Assembly (NCBI RefSeq): GCF_009914755.1
Contig: NC_060936.1
Reading direction: 5' to 3' (one strand)
DNA length: 64,000 bases
Source of the DNA: the human T2T-CHM13v2.0 reference genome, Homo sapiens
Shown: positions 42,166 through 55,907 of the stretch, in pieces
Position numbering within the stretch: position 1 is the stretch's first letter
How the letters are laid out: each line of letters opens with the position of its first letter
Notes under the pieces: model-generated
Databases searched by the model: none
Seen by the model: the letters and a program-made list of their open reading frames with translations, nothing else
Told to the model about the DNA's origin: nothing
Position numbers and translations under genes: made by a program

Positions 42166-43505
42166 TTTCTAAAAAGCTTATTGTGGAGACTTTTAAAACA
42201 AAATATTCTGTTTTAAATCTGCAGTTTGATTTTTAATTTTGCTGCTCTTCATAGGCTCAGTTTGTTATATCAGTGAGCCTGAAAGGCTATTTTGTTTGCA
42301 GGAACTTGTCAGCGTTACTTTTTACTTCATTTTAACTTTTCTAATTTATTCAGCCTCTTGGGCCAGGCAATTATTTGAACTGCCAGAGGTGTTGATCTTG
42401 TTGACAATCCAAAAACAGAATACAACTCCATGGCTCAGAACTTTTCTAAAGTATCAGGTTTAATAGGGCATTAACCAGCCCCTGGAGGTTTGCATGCTTC
42501 CAAACATATTTTTCACCTATTGCCTCGGTACTAATTGGAGGCAGGTGCACAGCCAGAGGCCATTAACTTCTCAAGGCCTGTAATTTCTGTTTGCGAGTGA
42601 AAGGAGAGAAAAGTAATAACAATATTAATGAATGAACGTGAACTTTTTATCATAGCAATAAAAACAATATTGCCTTTAGGAGATGCCAACTTTGGCATCT
42701 GGTCTCAATGGGGTGTTAGGAGACCTGTTGCTCAGCACAATCAGAAAGTTGCTAAAGTTTGTTAGAGTAGCACCTGCTCCCTGTCACTGTTCTCGTGGTC
42801 CACATCTGATGCTTCAACCAAGACCCTCTATCATACCGTGTCCATTTGTTTGCCAGGCACCCTCTAGCACCGCCTCTGGTGGATCACCACAGTTAGCTCA
42901 CCTTAAGAGAGAACTGTTTCTTGTTACTATGTAACATCTGTCCTTCCTACTAACCTACCTCCATGACCTCATATGAGGCATGATTTTGTTAGAAATTAAC
43001 GAAGACTTCCTTTTATATTTTCAGCTATTATATTTTAGAGAAGTCTTTCAGACCAAGAGAAGTGGATTAGTGGTAGGATTAAATTCACTCTGACAGGTGG
43101 ATTGAGGCAACTGCACCCAGAAATTTTTTATTCTGTGGATGTCTATCCCAGGAATGCAAGAATTTGAATGTCCTATATTTATAAGTTTGTCATTGATTAC
43201 CTGAAGATGAGCCTAATGACTTACCTGCTGAGCGGACCTTCCGAAATGTTTTGTTCAGTAAACATGAAGTTAAGTAGATTTTGCATAATTTATAATTACT
43301 CAGAAATCCAAAGATTTGGTTGTAGTTGTTAATTTTGCCCAGATATTCCTAATTTATGTTTTTCAGTACTTAAAAAATAGAGGACCAGATGTTTTAAGAT
43401 AAATTATCTAATAAGTAACCAAGAGACACGCAGTTCTGCGGAGAGTTTCTGGACTTTTTAGACCCTTAGAAAACTGAGTGCAATATACTCCAAAGGTTAC
43501 AATTA

Positions 43506-43908
<403 letters not shown>

Positions 43909-45845
43909 GAATAACTAATTTAACCTAATCACACATTTAATTTGTGGTCCAGATATAGCTAGAATCCATAACTCTAGATGGTCAAGTGTGCTTTCCACCG
44001 TAGTGTGCTATTTTTTTTTAACCAATAAAATAGTTCTATGAGATGAACTAATCAGAGCCTGAAGCTCAAGACAATGGTCTGAGGTCCTGGAGTCTGAGTC
44101 ATAGATCAGGAATTTGCTGAGCAAGCAACCTAAATAGTGAGATAAAGAAAATTCAGAAATTAAATTGAGTAAACAGACCAACACTGATGACTGAGAGAGA
44201 AAGCTGCCCTGCTTCTTCCCTCAGTGGATATTTTTGGGGACCATTTGCTATAGCAATGTGGCGGCCCCCATAGAGGCAGAGTAAGTATAGCAGGTGCCTC
44301 GCCTGAGCAGGCAGGTGCCTGAGCAGGAGGAGTAAGGCCTTCAGCACATCTCCACAGATGGGGACAAGTCCCTGCAAAAACACTTTCTTTGAGCCTAATG
44401 ACCTCCCTGCATCCTTAGGCATCATGTGGCATCATTTCCTGCCACTGAGTCATAGCCACTTGTGTCCACGGAGTCTGCAGGGCGGTGCAGGAATGTGGCT
44501 GGCCACATAAAGGAGGAGTACATTAATGTTGCTGGATTTGGAGATCTATTTATTAAATGCTCACTTGTTCCAGAGTATTTTGTCACTTGATGAGGAAAGA
44601 CTATTATGACAAATAATGAAGATTATTTATTAGAACTTACTCTGTGCTAAGCACTCTTCAAAATACTCTACAGGTAGTGGCATACACGGTTGGCCTATGC
44701 AAGAACCTTTTTCATTTCCATTTCTTCTTTGTTAGCACAGCCTCCCTTCTAAGAAAGAGGCTAAAAAGGCCACGTACATCCATTCACAGCCTCCTTTGTA
44801 TGAATGACCATGTGACATAGCACATCATAAGAATTAGCACTCACACTTAACATGTGTCTGGCACTGTTCTAAGCGCTCTGTCACATATATACATACATAT
44901 GTAATCAATCTTCATATCAGCTCTTGATGTGGATACTATTATTCCCATTTTATAAGTGAAAAATTAACATATAGTGAGGCTTAAGTAACTTGCCCTGGTC
45001 ACATAGTCAGTCAGCGGTGGAGCCAGGATTCTATTTCAGACAATGCAGCTCTAGAATCCCAGCTTGGAGCTAGCACAATGTTGACTCTCAGGAAGGAGAC
45101 AAAAGGGGAAGATTTGTTGGTAGGAATTCTGGAAAAGGGTTTTCTCTCTGCCCAAAACAGAAAGATGTAAGAGAAGGCTGCTGTCCTCCTTACTTCCTAG
45201 TTTTTAAGACTGAAGTGTTGCAGGTGTGACACTTGAGGCCACAGCATCCTGCAACCATGCACGTGGCAGCACTCGGGACACAGGATGAGGTTACAGTGGA
45301 AAGATGTGAAGCACTTGGATTCATTTGACATCAACGAACCACCCATCAAACTCTCAGGCCATCTTAAACTAACGTAATGTGAGATAAATGTTAACAGGTT
45401 TTTAACATTTATTTTTAAAGCCAATTTGGTTAGATATTCTGTTTTCTACAGCTAAAATTAGTTAAGAGATCATCTTCTGTTATTTAATCCTCAACCCAAC
45501 CTTACAAAAAATGTATTTTTGTTATCCTTGTTTTACAAATAAGGGAGTTGAGGTCAAGAGTTTAATTTATGCAGCTGTTGATTGGCAAAGCCAGGATTCG
45601 AATAAAAACAGTCTTTAACCAGCATGCTGTGCTACTTTCTGTCAATGTCTTCATTCAAAGACCACCAGGAACACACCTGTAGTTAAACAAGTTGTTTTTT
45701 TTGCAGTGAGGGAAAATGCATGCCATGGAGGACCTTGTGGTGCTTCATAAGAGGGTGTTAGAAATAATTTATTATAGGATTTGGGCTGATGTTAGGTAGT
45801 TTGGAGAGGGTTTAAACAAGCAGGGTTTTGTTCTGGATTGGATGC

Positions 45846-46418
45846 CGTGATGGTTAATATTATGTGTCAACTTGACTGAATTACATGCCCAGACAGCTGG
45901 TAAACATTATTTTTGGTGTGTCTGTGCGGGTGTTTCTGGAGGAGATGACCTTTTCAATCAGTAGACTGAGTGGAGAAGATTACCCTCACCAACGTGAGTG
46001 GGCATCACCCAATCTGCTGAGGGCCCAGGTAGAACAAAAAGGTGGAAAAAGGAGGAATTTACTCTCTCTTCCTCCTTGAGCTGGGGCTCCATCTTCTCCT
46101 GGCCTTGGACATGGAGCTTTGGTTTCTTGGGCCTTTGGACTTGGAGGCTTAGACCAGACTTTCCTACCTCCCAGCCCTGGGGCTCTCAGACCTTTAGCCT
46201 CGGACTGAGAGTACAGCATCAGCTCCCCTTGTTCTTAGGCCTTCAAACTCAGGCTGAATCACACCCCTGGCTTTCCTCATTCTTCAGCTTGCTGATGGCA
46301 GCTGATGGGACTTTTCAGCCTCCATAATTATGTGAGTCAATTCCCCTAAAAAGTTTCCTTTTCTATATCTCTTTATATTCTATTGACTCTGCTTCTCTGG
46401 AGGGCCTTGACTAATGCA
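45846..46418 (+). mobile_element. MLT2B-family (ERVL) LTR
   Basis: gtgatggttaatattatgtgtcaacttgactg...ctctggagggccttgactaatgca; 5-bp TSD gatgc/gttgc. Confidence 0.85.
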
Positions 46419-47342
46419 GTTGCTGTGAGGAAATGAGACTAATTCTACCATTGAGTATCTTGATAAATCTTTTCTAGAAGGAAGAATAACTACAAGAAGT
46501 CTGAAGCTTTATTTGGTAAAGAAACAACACTAACCCATAGTAGTCAGAATAGGAAGATGTGTGGTCATTTTGGTGGTTTGAAAAATGTTTATGCTTTTCT
46601 GCTTTTATTGTGTGTCCATGATTGCGAAGTAGTCTTGTTTTCATCTTGCTCCTTGTCTGAAGTTGGTGTTCTGTGACAGTTTTCTGCTGCACAGGACAAG
46701 GCCATGGAGAGGTCCTCTGAGTGTCACGTTAGCTCCCAGATGTCAAGGGATGCTTTTCTCGTTCTTGTTTATCCATTTTCAGAAACTGAAGTTTTTTTCT
46801 TAAGGTGAGTTTTTTAAATACCATTTTAAGATGTTTTAAAATTTTGCTTTGCATTGGTACTTTTAATACGTGTAGCAAACATCTTCCTAACAATGATATT
46901 CATTTTCATACTTTCTTAATCGGAATATGCTGAAAATAATTTGAGATTTCTTAATCACGTAGGGTCATTGTTGTAAAAAGATGTTTTCTGAACACAGTTT
47001 AGAAATACAGTGCAATGGATACTGACATGTATATGATTGTTTTTTCCTTGACTATTTAATTCCAGACTTAGTTGTATATTTTGATTTCTCACTATTTTCG
47101 GCTTTCTTTTCACTAATGTCACTTTTTGGTTTTTATATTTTTTTCCCTTCAACCTCTTTAGACCTGCTGTATCTAATCCACTGTGAACATGAAAACTGTA
47201 AGGCCAATTACATCTAAATTTAACATTATGCTTGATTAGAGACCATAGACAAAGTTCATGGAGTTTGTAAGATTAAAAACAGTTATGAAGTTGGAGCATG
47301 CTACTGTAGGTAATGGATCCACTTTAAGAAATCTCTGTTTGA

Positions 47343-47903
<561 letters not shown>

Positions 47904-50900
47904 TGAGGGCTTGCAGATGTGAAGAATCTTTTTATCTATACCCTGCTGTAAAAGAAGTTCATTAGACACATTTCTGGCCAAACCATCTACAAAAGTAGCT
48001 GTTTGTACTGGTTCAGTAATAGATGCTACAGCAACACTAGCAGTTGCTAGGATGACTATGGCTGAGACTTATAAAGGCTACAAGTGTAACTGTGAATCTC
48101 TTGTGTCTGACCTGGAACAGGGCACGTTCTAAGGTGTCAAGGGCAGAGGAACCTTGCCAATCATGTGTTAAACTGACTAGTAGGAAAGCCTCAGATTGTC
48201 TCCTCAATACCATGACATTAGGAATATTTAAATTAGATATAATTAGAGATACAAGAGGCAAACCAAGCCTGTCCCTGCACTCAGGTCACAAACGTGGAGT
48301 TTTGGGGTGTAATAGAAATATTGGCTCCCATAAGGAAAACATATGGATGGGTAGTGCAAATCAGGCACTGATCAGTGTCATTATGGAAAACGGTCATAGT
48401 ATAGTTGTGACTAGAATTATGATACGTCCCACACCAGATGGTAAGGGGTGTGCTGAGATGTCCCAGGTGCCATAAAGTGTCTTGAGGTGGGACGGACTCT
48501 ACTTGGGGTCTGAGATATCCCATCCCCCCTTCAGCCCAAATTATAGGGGAATGGGACTTGGCTATGAAACTATCATGATGCCATGATAGACGCAGACATC
48601 AGTACGATCGCCCTGCAAATGGCTGTGGGGGTTCCAGTCTAAAATGTTATAATTGCCTAACTGGAGGCTACGAGCCTGTTCCCCATGACAGACCTCCCAG
48701 CTAAAGTGGAATCCATTATTTTCCTGGCTTTGTTCTTTAGCACAGGCAGGAATGTTTGGGAGAGTGGTATTGATTGCATTGCCAGTTTGAGGCTACCTGG
48801 AACTAAGGCTGTTAAGGCATTTCCTTTGCCATGATGTAGCCATAATTGTGTTTGGGCAGGTACACAGTAAGGGTTAGAACTTTTATCATTTGCATGCAGT
48901 GGGAGGATAGCAGAGTGATATGTAGTGTTACCTGGCACCTTAGTCCCATGTGTGCTATTAATGAGGGACCCCCACTGCGGGTAAATCTATCCCTCCCAGC
49001 CAAGCAATTATGTTATTAGAGGCTGGGAAGCAGGTGTCTGCCCAGGTGGCAGGGCAAAAGAAAGCCGTATCTAAGATATGAGCCCAACAGAGTGTAGCAG
49101 GTACAGGTTAAAGACAAAGTGAGAGCATAAAAAGAATCAATACACTACGCGAGTTGTGATGTACAACAGAGAGCATAGTAAGCAACAAATTATCTGGAGT
49201 GAATGGTGTCTGTGTCCAGAGCAGGATTTGCTCGGCCTCCTGAGTTATCCTCTTCAGGATCCCCTAGGTAATATCTGAGGCGTGTGTCATCCGAGGAAGC
49301 TGCATCATCCAGGGCTGTTGGTCCTGTAGGGTCATTTTCTTCATTTCTGGTACTGGGTTGGGTCCTAGCCACGCCACGGTATGCTTTGATGTGTCGTGCT
49401 GGAATCCAGAGAGGACCCGAGGGAATGTGAACACAAGCATATCCTCTCCTCAACGTTAACAATTCATTTGGACCACACCATATATTACTGTTTACGTCTT
49501 TCCATAAAACTGCAGGTTTTACATCTTGAGAGGTTTTAGCAAAGTGCTTTTCTACAGCTGATTAAAATTTATCATCTAAATTTTAAAAGTTAAGGGTAAA
49601 TAAGGCTTGTGCTAGTAGTGTTGCAGGGTCCTTACTCATATTCCCACTTTTTTGTTTTCTGAGCATATTTTTAAGGATGGAATGGATACATTTTACTATG
49701 GCCTGTCCTTGGGGGTTATACGGGATGCCTGTGGAATGTTGGATGTTCCGCGTGTGACAAAATTGTTGAAATTGTGAGCTGGCATAAGCCAGACCATTGT
49801 CAGTTTTCTTTGTTGTGGGCCACCCCGTAAATGCAAAAGTTAAAAGAAGATGTTTAATGACATATCGGGTGGACTCTACAGGAAAGGCATGAGCGTTAAT
49901 TGAGAATTGGTATCAATGGATACATGTACATATCTAAGTTTTCCAACTTCAGGGATATGTGTAACATCTGTTTGCCATAACTGATTAAGTTCTAGTCCTC
50001 TAGGGTTAATACCTGTTGAAGGAGAGGATGTACCTGTGAGCTGGCAATCTGGGCATCGTAGGATAATTTGTTTAGCTAGTCTCTGGGTAAAGTCGAAATT
50101 GTTTAGATAAGTTTCTCCAGTTTTGGTGAAAAAATTGATGTGATTGGGGGGCTTGGTCAAGCAATGATGTCTTAACCTGTAGGTCTGATTGATCATTGCC
50201 ATATGCCAATGGGCCAGGCAGTGAGCTGTGGGCTCGAATATGTGTGATAAAAATAGGATGTGTACGTTGATCTAGGAAATGCTGAAGTCAGAGAAAAAGT
50301 GCACACAGGGTGGGCTCCAGAGTGGACTTAATAAGGGCTGTGTAAAGGTTCTGCAATAAATTAAACAGAGTAAGCAGAGTCACTAACAATATTGATGGGC
50401 TGAGCAGAAAAAGTTTCCAAGGCCAATATTAAGGCTCCAACCTCAACTTTTTGAGTGCTAATAAATCCAGAACAAGTGAGGGAATTATGCCATCTCCACC
50501 AGACAGCTGCTTTTCCATCTTTACCAGAGCCATCAATAAACAGTGTTAAAGCATTAGGTATGGGGGATTGAACTATTTTTGTAGGCGAAAGCACAGAAGT
50601 ACGAGATAAGAACTGAAGGAGTTTGTCAGCAGGAAGGGCGTGCTTTATACGGCCTGTGTAATCAGAGAGTGCTATTTGCAGGTCCATAGATAAGGGCAAT
50701 ACTGCTTCAAATTGCTTTTTACTTAAAGGAATTCTGATGATATTAGGGTCATAACCTAGTAATAGATTGCCTTGTCTGCAGCCTAAATAGATGACTTTAC
50801 TAACTAACTGGATATAGGGAGAGACTGTTTTAGTCCCAGTATGTGAGCAAAAAACCCATCCTAGGACAGCCCTGGGGTCATCTGTCCTATTAGCCCTGTA

Positions 50901-51924
50901 GAGGTGTGTTTAGTGGGAAAAACAAATAATTGAACTGAATACCATGGATCAATGCAATCTAGTTGCCTCTAAGAAATAGCTTGCTCTATCTCTTCAATTT
51001 CCCTTTGTGCTGCAGGAGTTAAATACCTAGAGAGTCTAGGGCAGCATTGTCTTTTAAGATAGACAACAGGTTCTGTAACTTATCAGTAGTTATGCCCAAG
51101 GTTGGGCGAAGCCAGTTAATATCACCTAGTCATTTCTGATAATCATTCAAGGTATGTAAGTTGCCAGTATTTAATTTAACATTTTGGGGTCTTACTGACC
51201 GGGTAGTTAGTATATACTCAAGGTATTTCCAAGGAGAGGAAATTTGTACTTTTTCAGGTGCTACGATTAAACCTCTTAACTGTGTATTCCTTATGACAGA
51301 GGCACGTAACTTTAAAAGTACTGGCTCTGTTGGGGCTGCTAGTAAAATATCATCCATAAAATGAATAATCTTGCAATTAGGAAATTCTTTTCTACTGGGG
51401 GGCAAAGCCTGATTTACATGATACTGACACATGGTAGGACTGCTCAGCATTCCTTGGGGTAGCACTTTCCAATGAAATCGGTGAGCTGGCCTTTCATTAT
51501 TGATAGCTGGTATTGTAAACACAAATTTTTCTCTGTCCTGTTCTGCAAGGGGAATAGTATAAAAACAGTCTTTTAAGTGAATAACGATTATAGGCCAATC
51601 TCAAGGAATCGCTGCAGGGGAGGGGAGCCCCTACTGAAGGGGCCCCATAGGTTGCAAATTAGCATTGATAGCACGCAAGGCATGCAAAAGTCTCCATTTA
51701 CCAGACTTTTTGGGGATGACGAAAATGGGCGAATTCCAAGGGTTGTTTGACGGTTCTGTATGGCCGGCTTTTAATTGCTCCTCAACTAATTCATGGGCTC
51801 TTTGCAATTTCTCTCCCTTTAAAGGTCACTGTTCTACCCAAATAGGATTTTGAGAGAGCCACGTCAGGGGCAGGGGAGAGATAACAACAATGGCCATTAT
51901 TAGAAAGAGGTCTGCAGAGTGACC
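47904..51924 (-). mobile_element. HERV-K class II internal fragment (HML-5/HERVK22-like): end of pro, pol (RT, RNaseH, IN) and env SU/TM; no LTRs
   Basis: RT FHWKVLPQGMLSSPTMCQ...IIHFMDDILL; RNaseH LFIDGS...NIVSDSAY; IN CPDCQ...LWQTDVTH; env furin site RHKR followed by a hydrophobic fusion peptide; many stops. Confidence 0.9.
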
Positions 51925-51930
51925 GCAATT

Positions 51931-52745
51931 AACCCTCTCGTAAATGGGCTGGTGGCACCGCCTACTGGCCTGGAGGTCAAACTGCACAGCTCAATGTAAA
52001 ACCTGCAGAGTAAAGTGCACCTGGCTATCTATAGAAGCAAAACCAAAAGACCCTACCCAACATTTCCACAGTCACGCCCCCAGGGGAAGGGGAATAATAG
52101 TGGGAAAAAAACCCATCAAAATGAAAATAAATTTAAAAATAAGAAGTGTCAGCTTCCCCAAATGAGAAGAAACCAGAGTAAGGATTATTGCACCATGAAA
52201 AATCTGAATGCTGTGACACCACCTAAGGATCAATAGACCTTAACCAAGATGAACACTCAGAAATGACAGATGAAAAATACAAAGTATGGATTGCAAGGAA
52301 GCTCAATGAGATCCAAGAGAAGCTTGAAAACCAACACAAAGAAACCATGAAAGCAATCCAGGAGATGAAGAGATAGATATCTAAAAAACAGAAGTTCTAA
52401 AAATGAAAAATTCACTTAAAGATTTTCAAAATATATTTGAAAGCTTTAATAATAGATTAGGTCAAGCAGAAGAAAGAATTTCAGAGCCTGAAGACTGCTC
52501 TTTCAAATTAACTCAGTCAAATAAAAATAAAGAAAAAAAGAATTTTTAAAAAATGAAAATTCAAGAAATATGGGATTATGTAAAGTGACCAAACCTATGA
52601 CTTACAGGCATTCTTGGAAGAGAAGAAAAGATAAGCAACCTGGAAAGCATATTTAAAAGAATAATTCAGAAAAAATTATCTAATCTTACTAGAGAAGTAG
52701 ACTTCCAGGTACAAGAAAGTCAGAAAATACCTTTAAGATACAAAA
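51931..52745 (+). mobile_element. Older primate L1 (L1P4/L1PA13-16-like) 5'UTR end plus ORF1 fragment
   Basis: MRRNQSK...MKNLNAVTPPKD, EMTDEKYKVWIARKLNEIQEK, NRLGQAEERISE, EIWDYVK. Confidence 0.85.
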
Positions 52746-52813
52746 TGCCACTGCACTCCAGCCTGGGCGACAGAGCAAGACTCTGTATCAAACAGAAACA
52801 AAAACAAAACAAA
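52746..52813 (+). mobile_element. Alu 3' tail fragment
   Basis: tgccactgcactccagcctgggcgacagagcaagactctgt followed by A-rich tail. Confidence 0.9.
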
Positions 52814-53996
52814 GATATGCTTGCAAAAATATGAAATGGCAGATGCACATGGTTATTTGCACCATTATTTTCAAAAGTCAAACTGGAGCACCATCTGAAT
52901 ATTCATCAAATTCAGGACTGATGAGGCAGAGCAACACAATGGATTATTATGCAGATATACAAGAGAATGCGGAAGCTCTGTAAAGTAGGGTGTGAACTCC
53001 AGGACACAGGGTGAAGTGAAGAAAGCAAGGTGCAGAAATTGCACACAGTATGCCATCTTTTGTACTGGGGAAAGGAATACAAAGCAGCGGGGAAAGGAAT
53101 GTGTATGCATGTATATGTAAATACAGTCATTAAAACTGAAAACAAAGTGGCACAAATAAACCTAATTCCCTATCGAGTTGGCATTGCTGCCTTAACCACA
53201 CAGAGGAAAGTAACTGACTTCAGAGCACAGTATCTTCACTGTATTTCTTCAGTATGATATAATCCAAAGACACAAATACTGCATAGACATCTCAATGTCA
53301 CTTGAAGTGAAATAACATAAAAATGGGAACAGACTCCTGCTGCTGCTCCAGAAAGATGAACATGAGAAAGGGACCATTATCTCTAATGTTTTCTCATGTA
53401 GAAAATGCAGGGAATAGCTTAAATCGAAGTTCAACTTTGGGAGCTGATAATTGAGTGAAAGTCTTCTTCCTTGATTGCCCTGGGAAGAAATCTTCATTTT
53501 TGGTTTGCAAGACCATGAAAATGAGACAATAAATACAACAAATGAAATACTTTACACTCAAAAACTATTTTTAAAAAAACAGACAAAATATAGAAAATAA
53601 GTATAAGTAACATATTCAAAGAGACATTAAACGACATTTTATTAATTTTAAAAGCTATAGATTATAGAAATAAAAATTTGCCGTATGAAATTTCCGTCCT
53701 AAGGGTCGGCCCAAGTCCAGGACCTGTCTGAGAATTGTGGACATATCGGTAGGACACGGGCAAGGATTGCCATCTCGCTCAGCACCTGTTTCCATGAACG
53801 ATGAGAATAACCCATCTCTCCTGTTTTAAGTGTGATTTGTCATATACATCAATAGGCATCTTGGCTCAACATACGAAAGCCCCTTTCCACAGAGACAGCT
53901 GCCTCCAGCCTGAAGAAGTTGCCACAGGAGGTAGAAGGAGGTCCCTTGCCCATGCCTGGGAGACCCAGCCAGAGTGGACAGGGAGGCGGCCCGGGC

Positions 53997-54163
53997 CGGG
54001 GTGCCAGACTCAGCAAATAAACACAGCATGCCCAGGTAACTCTGAATTTCAGATAACCAACGAATAACTTTGTATGATACTATATTTGTACTCAAAAGTA
54101 ACTCGTTTATCTGAAATTCAAAGTTGACGGCGCATGTGGTACTGTATTGTATCTGGCAACGCT
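53997..54163. mobile_element. MER53 palindromic hAT MITE
   Basis: gccagactcagcaaataa...tgaatttcagataa...ttatctgaaattca...atctggcaac inverted arms. Confidence 0.8.
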
Positions 54164-54164
54164 C

Positions 54165-54430
54165 CACCTTGGTTTTCCTACCCGGGTTTGTGGAAGGGGC
54201 TCCCCCTGCCCCGCAGGTGCCGCCCCGAGGAGGTGGAGGAGGAGGAGCCGGGCACTGACTGGGGACCCAGGTGAGTCTAGCAAATGACAAGGCCCAACGG
54301 TCAAAACCGCCTCAGTAATGCGCTCGTCCAAAGCACGCACTTAACGCTCAATCCTGGTGTCGCGTCCCGTTGCCAGGCAACGAAAGCAAGCGCTGCAAAG
54401 ACGAAGGGGAGCGCCCAAGGATGAGGAACG
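54165..54430. promoter_or_regulatory. CpG-rich promoter-like element with RFX X-box and a + strand splice donor
   Basis: CGTTGCCAGGCAACG palindrome 54368-54382; CAG|GTGAGT 54268-54276; high CpG density relative to flanks. Confidence 0.55.
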
Positions 54431-54484
54431 TTCCAAGACACTGAGTGATTTGCTGAAAATCACACATCTAGTAAGTGGCAGAAT

Positions 54485-54844
54485 CAGATAAGGAAACTGC
54501 AGCATAGACAGATTAAGTAATTTAGTTAAGGTCACACAAGCAGTATTTGGGGAAGCCAGGATTTGAGTCCAGGAAGTCAGGGTTCAATGCTCATGATTAT
54601 CCTGATATAGAATAAAATATTTGTAGCTTAAAAGAATGAACCGGACATATCCTCTCTGATATTCTCTGTTGTTTCAAGTTCTCTTCATCAGGATATTCTG
54701 AAAAGGGGTTATTCACTCTTTTCCTCCATAAAGAATAGCGTAACTACGTGACTCAGTAATAGCTCTGTCCAAATGAAAGAAAAATCTGACAGCGATTTGG
54801 AGCTTAATGTGAAATGGTGTACTCACAATAGATTCATATATTAG
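54485..54844 (+). repeat. Direct copy of 40006-40365
   Basis: 360 bp, 11 substitutions by manual alignment (~97%). Confidence 0.97.
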
Positions 54845-54935
54845 GATGGAAGGGTGTGCGAGATCATTTCTCCTGGATAGACAGACCCCCACTCCTGGCG
54901 GGGGGGGGGTCACTCCTTGATTGAAAAAGAATGTT

Positions 54936-55095
54936 GCTAATTATACTTATGTTTGTCTTATGTTATTTACTAATTCTAGGATGCAAAGCCAGAATGCGAG
55001 CAGTGACCACCACACTTGACAAATCCGTTGTTGCACACATTTGTACTCTTCAATCAACAAAACCTGATGCAAAAAACAGAAAAGGGGGAGATGTA
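54936..55095 (+). mobile_element. HERV-K (HML-5-like) env C-terminus, PPT and first 4 nt of the 3' LTR
   Basis: LIILMFVLCYLLILGCKAR...KPDAKNRKGGDV; AAAAGGGGGAGA then TGTA. Confidence 0.75.
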
Positions 55096-55388
55096 CATGC
55101 ATTTTCCCTCACTGCAAAAAAAAACACAACTTGTTTAACTACAGGTGTGTTCCTGGTGGTCTTTGAATGAAGACATTGACAGAAAGTAACATAGCATGCT
55201 GGTTAAAGACTGTTTTTATTCGAATCCTGGCTTTGCCAATCAACAGCTGCATAAATTAAACTCTCGACCTCAGCTCCCTTATTTGTAAAACAAGAATAAC
55301 AAAAATACATTTTTATAAGGTTGGGTTGAAGGTTAAATGAAATAACAGAAGATTATCTCTTCACTAATTTTAGCTGTAGAAAACAGAA
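55096..55388 (-). repeat. Inverted copy of 45437-45722
   Basis: ~290 bp reverse-complement match, ~95% with small indels. Confidence 0.96.
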
Positions 55389-55593
55389 GCCAATCGAAAG
55401 AGCTCCCAGTCCAAAGCTGGAACAACTTGAACAACAAAATAAATAATGTAGCATTGGATTACAAACCAACCATAAAACAAATATCCATGAGTCTATACTG
55501 ATGTCAATAAATGAATAAATGTGGGAAAATAGACAAATCTCCTTTCTCATACAGAAGGATTCCAAATAATTTGTGTAGATATTTCACTTTTAA
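55383..55593 (-). repeat. Inverted copy of 36297-36515
   Basis: 4 substitutions plus an 8-bp indel; the ORF track shows the same peptide FIDISIDSWIFVL.LVCNPMLHYLFCCSSCSSFGLGAL at both sites. Confidence 0.97.
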
Positions 55594-55873
55594 CTTGTTC
55601 TGTGGCTACGCATTAAGTCAGGATTTCCTTTCTTGCATAAGGAGGACAAGGAAGTTTATTGGACAGCATGTCAGTTCTCTTCACTCCATGTAACAACAAA
55701 ATGAGGAAATTATGAAATGGTAAGCATCAACACAAATAGGCTGGCCATGGGGAAATAGGAGAGTTTTTTTTAAATGTTGTTTCGTTTTGTTGAACCAAAT
55801 GTCTCTAGTTTCTTCAAGGCATAACTCATCCCCCAGTTTTTCCTTGACAATATGGAGCTCACCTCTGCACTCT
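55590..55873 (+). repeat. Direct copy of the CLEC4E proximal promoter 30427-30711
   Basis: 284 vs 285 bp, 7 substitutions plus 1 T-run indel (~97%). Confidence 0.97.
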
Positions 55874-55907
55874 CATAGCCAACTGAACTCATGGCAGGAT
55901 GCCATGT

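Noticed and set aside
47904-51924. Possible functional retroviral pol/env
   Set aside because: Broken by many stops and frameshifts; no LTR or gag
53826-54290. 154-aa minus-strand ORF in the CpG-rich region
   Set aside because: It crosses a MER53, has low-complexity Pro/Gly content and has no homology I recognise
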